From positions 28,954,001 through 29,018,000 of the forward strand of contig NC_087459.1 in NCBI RefSeq assembly GCF_036321535.1: a stretch of DNA of 64,000 nt. The letters run 5' to 3'. Made by a program: the position numbers and the translations under genes. Within the stretch, counting starts at the first letter, position 1. Each line of letters starts with the position of its first letter. Under the pieces are notes generated by a model that worked only from the letters and a program-made list of their open reading frames with translations, was not told where the DNA came from and ran no database searches. This stretch comes from Camelus dromedarius. Its lineage: Eukaryota. Of this stretch, positions 50,840-61,658 are shown piece after piece.

Positions 50840-53800
50840 TTAGTGGCTGGGGGAACGGGCCTTGTGGAACAGGTACACAGGACGCTGGAAGCCTGAAAGA
50901 AGAGTGTAATCAGGAGGGATTGGCAGGACTGTAAGACTCTCCACAAGGTCTTTACCCTACACCAGGACTGGCCTCCCTTCCTCTCCCAACAAAATAAGCC
51001 AACCTTACCTTTGGAGGTGTTGTGGGGTGTGGCCACAAGCTCATAGCTGGAGAAGCCCACCTCTGGGGATGTCAGGTAGGAACTGAACTGCTCTGGCTTC
51101 AGCTGGATTCGATAGTAGTTCTTGTAGATTGTTTCCTAGGGAGGAGGGCAGGGGACCACTTCAGCTTGTTGCCTTCTCAGACGGTAGAAGAGGATGCCCA
51201 CCTGGGGGGCCTCTTCACCTTAATTCAGGAAGTCCTTCCCTTTCTGCTTCCTTGCCTCAACTAAAGAAAGGAGAGTCCCAATTTCCACAGAAACCTCAAC
51301 TCACCGTAAGGGTCTTTCTCTTGCCGTAAGATGACCAAGGTTGGGGCTCCAGGACCAGGATGCCCCCAGGACGTAGGTGCCGGTAGATCCGGCGAAACAT
51401 ACGCTTCAGCCCCTCGTCTCCCCAGTTCAGATGCACCCACTTGGTGAGGCTGAGGCAGAGCACCACATCGTACTCTGGTGTTTGGGCCTCCACCAGCTCA
51501 TCTCGATCCAGCACATAGTTACCCTGAGGGCAAGAATCGGGGATGAGGTCAACAGAGGCATGAAAACCCCTGCTGCCACAGAACTTACTCTATGGCCTGA
51601 CTTTAGTCTTTGGCCACCATCTCCTGATACTCCTCAGAATAACTCCCAGATGGCGCCCTCTCTGAGTCTCATTCTCTTGGTTTCTATTGGTGGTAAGCCA
51701 ATCAAACATAAAAAGGGAGCCAGGGTAATTTTAAATTGAGCAAATTACCTATGAGATCACCAAAGAGGGGGTCAGACTGCAGAGAAAGAATGCTGGGGTT
51801 CTCTCAAGACCCTGTCCAGTACTTTATTCCCACTCCAAAAGCATTAAGCTGAGTGACTGAACATTCTGCAGACGGACCTAATCCAGGTTTGAAAGGGAGA
51901 ACTGTGGGGTCCTTCCCTGTGGTTAGGGCTGGCAGTTTCAGACCTAGTCTCCCCTTTCTCCCAGAGAAATGAGCCCACTCCCTCAGGAAACCTTTCCTAG
52001 ATGAGCAGCTCATTACCACCCTCCATAATGTCCATTCTTCAAGGTGGAACCCAACACACTGCCAGCTATTCCTGCAGGTGGCCTAACTGGGGCACTTTAT
52101 GGGGAGCCGTGTGCGGTTCGGGGCCAGACACTGAAAAACATGGTACGCTTGCATGCAGAGGACTTTCTGATTTTTCCCCATCCCACCATCTGGGGTCAGT
52201 GTGGAGATGATCTAAGGCCAAGTCACTTAGGTCCCTGGCCAGACACTGTTTAACCAACTCTACCATCTAATGCAAACAGGTCCCTATTGAAGAACAGAAA
52301 CTACCCCTACCCCAAGACACTGCATGTCTGCCACTTATCCCTTCATGCACCTTCAGTAGGTTGGAGGACAAGTTTTCATGTGGACCAAATCCCCTAGAGA
52401 GCAGCAGCCCCTATCAGATGGTGGACAGGTCTGGATTACAGCACAGGATCGGAGCAGGGCACAAGGAGTCAGCCCTATCTTGGGGCTTGTAGTTATGAGA
52501 AGAGACCCCAGGTAGAGCCCCCACCTTTCCAGGTTATAAGAGGGGAGAGACACCCAGTGAATCAGTCGCAGATTCAGACCCTTCTCTTGAGGGTTTGGTT
52601 CTCCTATGGAGGGGTGCATGCACAGAAACCCCCTGGGTCATAACCTGGCCCTGCCATGTTCCCAGTTAGTCTCTTCATCATTCCTGGCCCCACCCCAAGA
52701 GCCTGCAGACCCTCTTACCGTGACGAAGACAACATTGTTGGGGAAGACGGATGTGTCAGCTCCATCCAAGGGCACTTGGGGTGCAGCAATGGGACCCCGA
52801 CTGGCTGACAGTGAGGCTGGGAAGCAGCTCCTCTTTCGGATGGGTGTGGTCCCTTCCTCACTCTCTGCTCCTGGGTCCCCTTCAGAAGTCTGGGGTGGCA
52901 GACGCAGCTCTTCGGACAGGTAGTGTCGGATGTTTTGGCGGGCAGAGTGGATGAGCCGGGCATCAATATCCAGGCCCACCATGCGGGATGGGCCCCACTT
53001 ACAGGCAATGCTCAGGGTCAGGTGGCCCACATTGCAGCCCAGATCTAGGACGTCCCGACCCCGAAACCACTCAGGTTTCAATACCCGAAGGCGACCATCC
53101 TCACAAGAAGGATTGCGGTACCCATAGTACTTGCAGTAATTCCCATACTGGAACTTGCGCTGTTGCTTTTTGAAACCTGCTGCAGGTAGTGGGTGGACCT
53201 GGTGGCGGCCTCCCCCACTCCCTCGGCCCTTTTCCTTGGGACCCTGGCCTCCACCCCGAGCCCCTGCCTCTGACTTGCTGGAAGTCCTGCGACGTTTGCG
53301 ATGTCGTGAGGAGGAAGATGGGGGTGCAGAGGTAACTGAGGCAGCTGGAGGGGCTGAAAGGGAGCCTGAGGGACCCTGCAGGGCAGATGGAAGGGGTGAC
53401 ACGACCTCATCCCTGCAGTTGATGGCTGTGTTGAGTTCATAGGGTTGGGGGACGTCCCGGTTCTGGCCCCTATGCCGCTGCTGCTGTATGGTGCCCTCCC
53501 CATGGAGTGAGGGAGTGAGGGGGGCTGTGGGCAGCACGGAGTGGCTATCGTTCCCTCCAGTTGCCGCCTGCTGCTGCTGCTGCTGCTGCTGCTGGTGGTG
53601 CTGTCCCCGGTGTCTATGCCGCTTCCGACCAGTCTTGAGTGGTGAAGCAAGAACTACTTGGGCCTCATCAGTGCAAGTATTCAGACTGAGAGGGTCAGTA
53701 ATATCTTTGGGGATGAGGATCTCCACTGGATCTCGCCCCTTGGCCGGAAGTGGGGATGACTTAGGGGTCTCTGCATTGAGTGCGCGGCTCACTTCCTCAT

Positions 53801-54290
53801 CCAGGAGGCTATTCAGGTTCAGTGGATCAAAGATATTGCCCCCCAGGAGGAAGTTGGAAGGTAAGACAGAGTCACAGTCCGAATTAACCCGCCTGCGCCT
53901 CTTGAAGGCCGGATGTTTGAAGCCTCCACCACCTCCCCCTACATTACAGCTATTTCTCCTCTTCCCCCCACCTCCCCCAGGGGGTCGGTGGGGCTGATAG
54001 CCATTACGGGGTCGAGGCGGGGCAGGGGGGCCCAGTTCTGTTCCGCCCCCTCCCCGTCGCTCCTCCCCCACGTCCGGGGGAGCGGCTCGCCCGTGGGGAT
54101 CCGACAAGCGGGCCTCCCCGTGCGACTGCGCCTGGGGGCCGCCCCCTCGTTGCTGCTGCGACTGGCCAAACCGAGGGGTGGATACAGCCCCGGGGCTCTC
54201 CTTGCCAGTCCCAGAAGCCGGGGACCCCGCCGAGTGCGCGCGCGGGCCCGGCCCACGCTGCGTCCCGCCGCGGAGCTCCCCGGAGGCGGC
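50840..54290 (-). CDS. MEPCE: 7SK snRNA methylphosphate capping enzyme; coding exons (start inside gap) 54290-52719, 51523-51305, 51135-51009, 50892-50840
   Basis: The frame is open from the gap edge (AASGELRGG...). SAM motif VLDLGCNVG, Bin3 motif [21 protein letters not shown], ends [16 protein letters not shown] phases 0,0,1. The true ATG should lie in the N gap 54291-54430; the listed ORF start at 54107 (TTG) is not the start. Confidence 0.98.
53568..53594 (-). repeat. (CAG)9 coding polyglutamine repeat in MEPCE
   Basis: (CTG)9 on the + strand, in frame as Q9. Confidence 0.95.
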
Positions 54291-54429
54291 NNNNNNNNNN
54301 NNNNNNNNNNNNNNNNNNNNNNNNNNNNNNNNNNNNNNNNNNNNNNNNNNNNNNNNNNNNNNNNNNNNNNNNNNNNNNNNNNNNNNNNNNNNNNNNNNNN
54401 NNNNNNNNNNNNNNNNNNNNNNNNNNNNN

Positions 54430-56600
54430 NGAAACCAGGGGGGACTAGGGGACTTAACCCCCCTTTCTAGACCCCGCTCCCTTCCCTTTCCCGAGTGCGC
54501 GCACAGCTCTGCTCTTCTCGCCTAGTCTCGCGCCCAAGCGCCTCCCCCGAAGCGCGCCCCACTCGCCCGCGAGATCAAAACAAGATGCCCGCGAGACCCG
54601 AACAACTCGAGGAATCAACCGCGCTTGCGCCGACCCCTTTCTCCTCTACCACTACCGCTTCGCCGCGAGCGCGCACTGCTGGAGCGCGTTCCTCTCGTCC
54701 CGGAATCACGCATGCGCACTCCGCCACCACCCTGGTTGCGCGCGCATCTGAGTACGAAGCAACTTAACGGCTCCGGGAGTTTAAATATAGCCTCCCTCAG
54801 CCCCCCCCAAAAAAGCCCACCACCCGAAACTGACACCCTACTTCCCTTCGCAGCTATGTCCGTCCCTACTGATATCCTTTGTGCCGCGCGATCCCACCCA
54901 CCGTAGGCGGGGGTCGGGGAGCTGGAGTGAAAAGGTCTCCTTGACACCCGACCCTTGTTCCTGAGGAATGAGTCTCAGCGGTCTCCGCCCGGCTCTAAAA
55001 CCAGCAACCTCCCTACCCCGCCTCCTTCCTCCCCCTAGCGGGCAGCGCCTGCGCACACCCTTTTGGACTTGCGCGGGTAGATGCAGCACGTGCTGGAGAT
55101 GACGCCCCGCCCTGCGTCCGAGGGGGCGGGGACTGTTACGTCGCTTCCTCAGGTTTGGTACACGAAACGTGCGTCAGCACGATTCGGAAGGGCGTGAGGG
55201 AGGAACGGGGCGGCCCTCATGAATTATTCATAACTTGCTGCCCCCTTTGCCCACCTATTTAGAAGGGTTTGCGAGGGAGCGGAGGAGTGAATCTAAAAGT
55301 AGGGGGTAAGGAAAGAGCGGAGCGTACTAACCGTCTTCCTACAAACTGTTCTCAATATAATACGATAGATCATTTTAACTCACCCCCCCTGGAAAATATT
55401 CTCTGCTGAACTGGAAAAAAAAAGGCAATAAAACAACCGATGTTACAGTCCAACTTCCTCTTCCCCGAAACGGCCGAGTGGTTTTCTCGCTCCCCAGCCT
55501 TCCCCCAATCACGATCACCTGGGGACACCACGCCCTCTCCTCCGTCTCCTCCGCCTCCACCGCCCCTACACCAACGCCTCCACCCACCACCCGACGCCTG
55601 CGCACGAGCCTCCCAGCCCGCGGACAACGACCCCGGCGCCCACCACAGCCACCAATAGCTGTACATCCACCAACACTGCCACCGCCCCCTCGTACACAGG
55701 CATTCCCAAGCGCGCGCTGCGGCTTCGCGCCGCCTTATATAAAAACGAATGTGGGCGGGGAAGAGGTTTCGGCCTGCTTTGGGCCCCCTGCCTCAGCCAA
55801 TGGGAAAGAAGCTACTTAACGCCCTTTCCAAGGGGGTACTAGGTGGCCCGTTCTCCCTGCCTACAGCACTTGGGGGTGCAGGTCCTGTGGCTGAGAAGAG
55901 GGTAGAAGAGACGAGAGTGGGGTTAAGGATAGTCTCAAAATATCAAATTAAGGGCGTAGAGGAGACTAAAAGGAATAATGGGAATCAGGGAACGAAAAGA
56001 GGAAGGAAAAGGCAGTCTGGAGCAGAGAGAAAAATTAGTAAAAGGAAGATAGGCTTTCTGAACGATCAGGCGCTATTCTGCAACCTAAGAACAGTGGCCA
56101 ACGAGGATTATGGGATTTGTAGTTTTACACGGCCTTCGGTTGGAAGATGGCAGCAATAACACTGCTGCGCAAACGCAGAAGCGGCTTCCAGCTGCGCATG
56201 CCCCCCAGCCCTGCGCGCACGCCGCTGTTGGGGGTGGGGGTGGAGCTCGTGCGTGGCCTCGCGCCTTTCCTTGGTGGCGGGAAAACTGGGTCGAGGTTGG
56301 AGGAGCTTTTGGAATCACGGCAGTAGCTCGTTCTGCTCCTCGCTCTTAGGTCCTCTTCGCTTCGGAAGGTACCTAGTGCTTCTCCGGTTGCAGCTGAAGG
56401 TTCTAGGTGCGGCCAATCCTGGTATCTGTCTTCTGAGGAGAAGTTTTCTCTTCAGGGCGACGACCGACTCTTACTCCTCTCCTTAGAATCTAAACGCAAA
56501 CTCACTCCCAACAAACAAGAGTAACCCAATATCAAGGGCTGAGCGAGAATGAGGATCCTCGTGCCTCCGCGGGGTGGGGGCGGGGAGGGGGAGCTGAGGG
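54430..56600. promoter_or_regulatory. Bidirectional CpG-island promoter region shared by MEPCE and ZCWPW1
   Basis: NRF1-like ACGCATGCGCA 54708-54718; TATA/GC/CCAAT group 55734-55801; ZNF143 motif TGGGATTTGTAGTT 56111-56124; YY1 motif AAGATGGC 56144-56151; head-to-head genes. Confidence 0.8.
56140..56368 (+). other. ZCWPW1: Probable ZCWPW1 non-coding exon 1
   Basis: Follows the ZNF143/YY1 motifs and ends at donor AAG|GTACCT 56368/56369. The TSS is inferred. Confidence 0.45.
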
Positions 56601-57586
56601 GAAATTCTCTCATTCTGGGATTCTTGATGGAGAAGAGAGGCTAGAAAGCCACTGTTTTACCCTTTGAGGGGAGTCAAGGACTTTTGACCCGGTGGTATAT
56701 CCCATGTTAATTGCTGTTCTTAAGACACAATTGGTGAGGAAAGAGAGGGAAAATGCGGATAGCAGGAAATTCTTCCCTCTGGCTTTAAAGGCAGGAGGAG
56801 GCCTTTTAGCGTTCCAAACCTTGTCACTCTGTGAGGAAAAAAAATGGTACAGGGGTCTGGGAGTTCGTGGGCATGTGCCCTTTTCTGTGTTGTGAAAATA
56901 ACATAAAAAGGCTACTTTGAGGTCGAGAACAGTTAGGGGCACCCATGGAAGCATTTCAGGGAGTTAAGGGTGTGAACAAAGACAGGGTCCCAATAGAGAG
57001 TCCGTTTTGGTGGTAAGTGGCCCTATCTCATTCCTTCCTTGCACTCTCTGAACCAAGAAGCCTTAGGTCACCGTAGATTCTGTAAAAGATTTAGTTCAAG
57101 TAGTTATGACAGTGAATGTCTTGTTACGTAGTCTAATATGGGCAGTAACAGTAGCTGGGATCATTTCTTTCTGTCTTTGTTCAAAGTTTTAAATCATGCT
57201 TGCTGAGTGCACACACATGAAAAAAAGAAAAAGAAAAGAAAACTTCCTAATGGAGGCATGAAAATAACAGAGGCCTACATGCCATTAATGACATAGGGAA
57301 ATCAAACTCCAGCTTAAAGGAGATGTTAAATATGGTCTTTAAATACAGGTTTTGTTTGTTTGTTTGTTTGTTTTTTAAGGTTGACAGGATCTGTGTTAGA
57401 GGACAATTCTAAAGGGTTTACTTTTGTTCTCTTAGACCAAGGGTTCAAGGGACAATATAAAGAAGGAAAAACTGGATAGTTAGGAGGAGGGAAATTTGTA
57501 AGCACATTCTAAATGGGGGTGGGTGGGTGGAGGGATTAATGCTTTTTGAAAAATATTGACAAAATTGAGTTAACTTGTTTGGCTAG

Positions 57587-58024
57587 ATCAGTTCTCAAAC
57601 TTGCTAGTCTCAGAACCCTTTTATAATCTTAAAAATTATGGAGGACTCCAAAGATTGGTTTATCTCTATTTATGCATCTATTGATATTAATATATTAGGT
57701 ATTAAACTGAGAAAAAATTAAATATTAACTTTAAAGTAACATTAATAAACCTGTTATGTATTAACATAGATAACATTCTAATGAAAAAAATATTTTCCTA
57801 AATGAAAGAAATTTAGTGTGGAGAATGGTGTTATTTTACATTTCTGCAAATCTCTTTCATGTTTGGCTTAATAGAAAACAGCTGGATTTTCTTCTGTTTC
57901 TGAAATCAATCTGTTTTGTTTGTTTTGGTTGAAGAATATGAGAAAACCCAGCCTAACACAGATAAGTAGTTGGAAAAGGGAGGGGACCCCCCAGAGGTTC
58001 TTTGGATCACACTGAGAACGCTGA
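57587..58024. mobile_element. hAT-Charlie-type DNA transposon fossil
   Basis: Termini cagttctcaaact / actgagaacgctg and an AT-rich interior. Subfamily uncertain. Confidence 0.55.
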
Positions 58025-58389
58025 ACTAGATAATTTCATCTTAAAATAAGAGTGATGATTTTTAGTGTTCTAAGTGAAAGGAAACTCTATCTTTTGAAAC
58101 ACCTGATTTGGTTTCCTTTATTACTTCTAAGTTGTTTTTCTCTCCTTATCCACCCTTCTTTCTTATGTCAGTTAAGTGGTTAGGATGTGGTTATAGAACT
58201 TTCTTTTACTTTCACATGTAAAGGTTTATTGGATTTTTTTCCTCTCTTTTTCGTCCCAAGTAGGAAAAGAGAAACTAAAACCTCAAATATTCCTATGTCT
58301 AGAGCCCCCAGTCATTTAGCTGGTCAGATGGAAGTTGGTATGTTGTGTATTTATTAACTGTCTTTAAAATTGTTTTTCTCTCTCTGAAG

Positions 58390-58497
58390 TAGATTTCAGT
58401 ATTTGCTATTGTGGAAGAAAATACTTCATCCAAAACAGAAGAGCAGAGACGAGTTGTCAGACAGAGACTTCCTGGCTTTCCCTTCTCTATTGATCAG
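58390..58497 (+). other. ZCWPW1: Probable ZCWPW1 non-coding exon 2
   Basis: Pyrimidine tract plus GAAG| acceptor and CAG|GTTAGA donor. Purine-rich exon-like block in non-repetitive sequence. Confidence 0.4.
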
Positions 58498-60149
58498 GTT
58501 AGAGATTTTTTTAAAAAATAAAGTTCTTCATCACACCCTTACTGTATCTTATTAACTCAACAATGATCCACAATTTTATTTAGTTAGTTGGGGCTCCAGT
58601 AACACATTTTGGCCTAGAGAGGTCAGTATACGTTTATGTAATGATTTAAGCCTAAATATTGGAAAAGTTTTACCTTGATCAAAATACTCTTAATTTTCTT
58701 TAAAGAAGTTAGAATTTTAAAAAATCACTTTGAAATGATGAAGTATGTATAAAATGCTGGAGTTACACAAGGGGTTACAGTAGAAAGCTCCCTTCCACCC
58801 CCAGCCACCCAATTCCATTCCCCGAGAGGCACTTTTGTCAGTTTCTTGTGTATTCTTCCAGAGCTAGTTTATGGATACACAAGCATATTATATAGATATA
58901 CATTTTAAAAAATCAAATTTTGTCATTTCAAATACACTAATTTTCATTTTGCTTTTCTCATAAAGCTCTTATAATTCTCATTACATTCATAGGGACTTCT
59001 CATGATCATTTTTGGAATTCTAGTCTTGGAGAAGATATGTTTGTCATTTGTGGTAAAATTATTGTTCATTTTGCAGCCTAATTTTATGCAGTTTCTAGCT
59101 TCTATTTAGAATTATTATAAAGAAGGCAAGAATGGAAACAGTGAGAAGGTGTGCTCCTTAATATAAAGGAAAAGTAGTGACTTTAGAACAGCACATTTGA
59201 ATTATTTGCATTTATATAATTAAGAAAAGGAACAGAAAAATACCAAAGACATAATTTAAAAATACTTTACATTCAGCCATGCAGTGACCACACTAAGTCA
59301 AATCCCCAATATCTTTTGAATTCATCTGGGGACTGGAGGGAGGAATTCTACAACCTGAATGCCTGAGTGTTTAGCTTGATCATTTGAGGGTCTTAAAATT
59401 CTCAGATCCTTGGAGGGAAGAATATATGAACCAAAAGATCAATTCTATGCTGCTTTTGGATCTCTTTATAATGGGAGATGGCAGAGTTGGAAGATTGAGT
59501 TTCAGGTCCAGGGCACTCAAAGTACTTAAAACCAACAGCCAGAAATAAGATCATTGAGAAGAATAGACGTGTTATTAGAATTTAGAAACCAAAGGCCCGG
59601 ATTCATCTTGGCTCTACCATGTGTTAACACTGAGGCTTTGGGCCAACCACTTAACCTCTCTTTACATATTTTGTCATCTGTTAAAAAGGAGAAATGGCAC
59701 ATTATGACCTGTAAAGACTTTCCTAGAGCTGTAATGCTTATTATAAATGTTACAAAAATAAGAATGGCTTATATACTCTAAGCCTAAAGAAAACTGGGTA
59801 GAAAGGTTATAAGAAATTTAGGCTGATAAAACAAAAGGCAGTTCTCTTCTAACAGCTGAGTAGAAATAATATCAATAATGGAACGTATAAACTGGAAAAA
59901 TGTATAAGTTCTTAGAACATCACAAGATAAGTCATGGCACTGTGCGGGGCCACTAATGACTTATAGCTGTGTAGAAATACTCTTCAACCTCTCTTATGGC
60001 TGGATACCTCTGACTCTTACTCCTCAGTTGTCTATGGCTGTGAGCAGCCTTTGACCCCAGAGAACCTAGAAATATAATTTTCTGTGTGTTTCAATGTGTA
60101 CTTTTAATGTATACTTTACACATATGCTGTGATATTAAAACAGAGTGAA

Positions 60150-60380
60150 GGACTGAACTACTGAACTAGAATATTGGGATGTCGTGTAGCACAGCTCATA
60201 GTACAAACGTATAAATCAGACCACTTCTAATCCTGATTTTACTATTTATCAATTACTTAAAATCTCTAAATTCCTCTAAGCCTCAATTTCCCCAAGTGTA
60301 TAATGGAATCTATCTCATAGATTTATTGGGAGAATTGAATGAGATGACATATTCAAGAATATAGTCAGTGCTGAAGAAGT
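60150..60380 (+). mobile_element. MIR
   Basis: ctctaagcctcaatttccccaagtgtataatgg...gggagaattgaatgagatga. Confidence 0.55.
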
Positions 60381-60945
60381 GCTACCCACTATCATTAGTC
60401 ACAATTTTGGTAGAAATAATGAAGCATATTGATGTCGTGTAGAGCATCTGTGAGTAGACAGCTATAGATAAACTATGGATAAGAGTGAAGGTGCTAGATT
60501 CTTATTATTAGCTTCTGTGGAGACCTCTGCTGGTTACCAAATATTTCTGAGCCATGAATAGAAATGGATAGAATCCAGCACATTGGGAAATGTATTGGAC
60601 TAGAGGAGCTAAGTAAAGGGGATGCATGTTATAGTGATGTTTAAAAGGTGGTTCTCCAAATATATGTATGCATATGCATGACTGAGACATTGTGCTAGAC
60701 ACCAGAAATAGACACATTATAACTGACTGTACTTCAATAAATAAAATAAACGGTGATTCTCTGTGCCTAAGGGACCTCTGAATTAGGTTGGAGAATTGCC
60801 AATTTGTGTTTTAGCATTTAGGAGAACCTTGTGAAATGAGGTTATCTTGCTGAAGAAAATGCTCACTCTTTAACTCCTAGGACTGTCCACACCCTACTAC
60901 TACTACTCTACTACTCCTTATACTTCCGTCTTCTAAAACATGTCT

Positions 60946-61340
60946 TGTTTTAATAAGAGGCCCCTAATGGGGTCACTTACGCTAAGCCCTATGTCACCAA
61001 ACCAAGACTTAATTACAGTTTGGCTTTCCCAGAAATGGAATCTTAAACCAGTCAATCAGGAATTGCTTGATCAGCACTAGTTAGGTAATCCTGATAGACT
61101 CCAGGAATCCGCTAAAGGAAAGTCACCTTGGATAACCAATCTGCCTTTTTTTTTTTTTGCCTAGTGTTATTTCCTGCTTCTGCTCCTTTTTGCCTGTAGA
61201 AATCTTTAATTTTGTCCAGCTCTTTGGAGCTCCTATCTATCTGCTGGATTGGATGCTGTCTGATTCAGCATCCAATGTATTGTTTAATAAAGCCAGTAAG
61301 ATCCTCAAAATTTACTCAGCTGAATTTTGTTTTTTTAACA
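60946..61340 (+). mobile_element. Solo ERV LTR (MER34-like), sense to ZCWPW1
   Basis: TG...CA ends; flanks TGTCT/TATCT; CCAAT 61136-61140; AATAAA 61286-61291; U5-like end ...ctgaattttgtttttttaaca. Confidence 0.7.
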
Positions 61341-61658
61341 TATCTCTACCACTACCATTTCCACCTACTTACAATTACCTACTTCATGTTGGACATGGTT
61401 CTAGGCACTTAAAACACTAAGGATTGTTGCTTATCTTTAAAACAATAACTCTCATTATCCTCCAGCATGTAACTGGCACTACTGAGGAGTAGAATTGTAG
61501 TCAAGAAGGCAGAAAATGTAGTACAGGCATCCCAGTCAAAGCTATTCTGAACCCAAGAAGACAAGGAGAGAAGAAAGTTATGAAGTCATGTTCATTCAGA
61601 GTCATAGCTGTTTCTTTTTTCTGCTAGAGGCATAAAGAAAGTATAGCTTCTGAGCTGA

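Noticed and set aside
54765-56142. MYB-type YAACNG sites as A-MYB control of ZCWPW1
   Set aside because: A 6-bp degenerate motif expected by chance at this frequency; not supportable without ChIP data.
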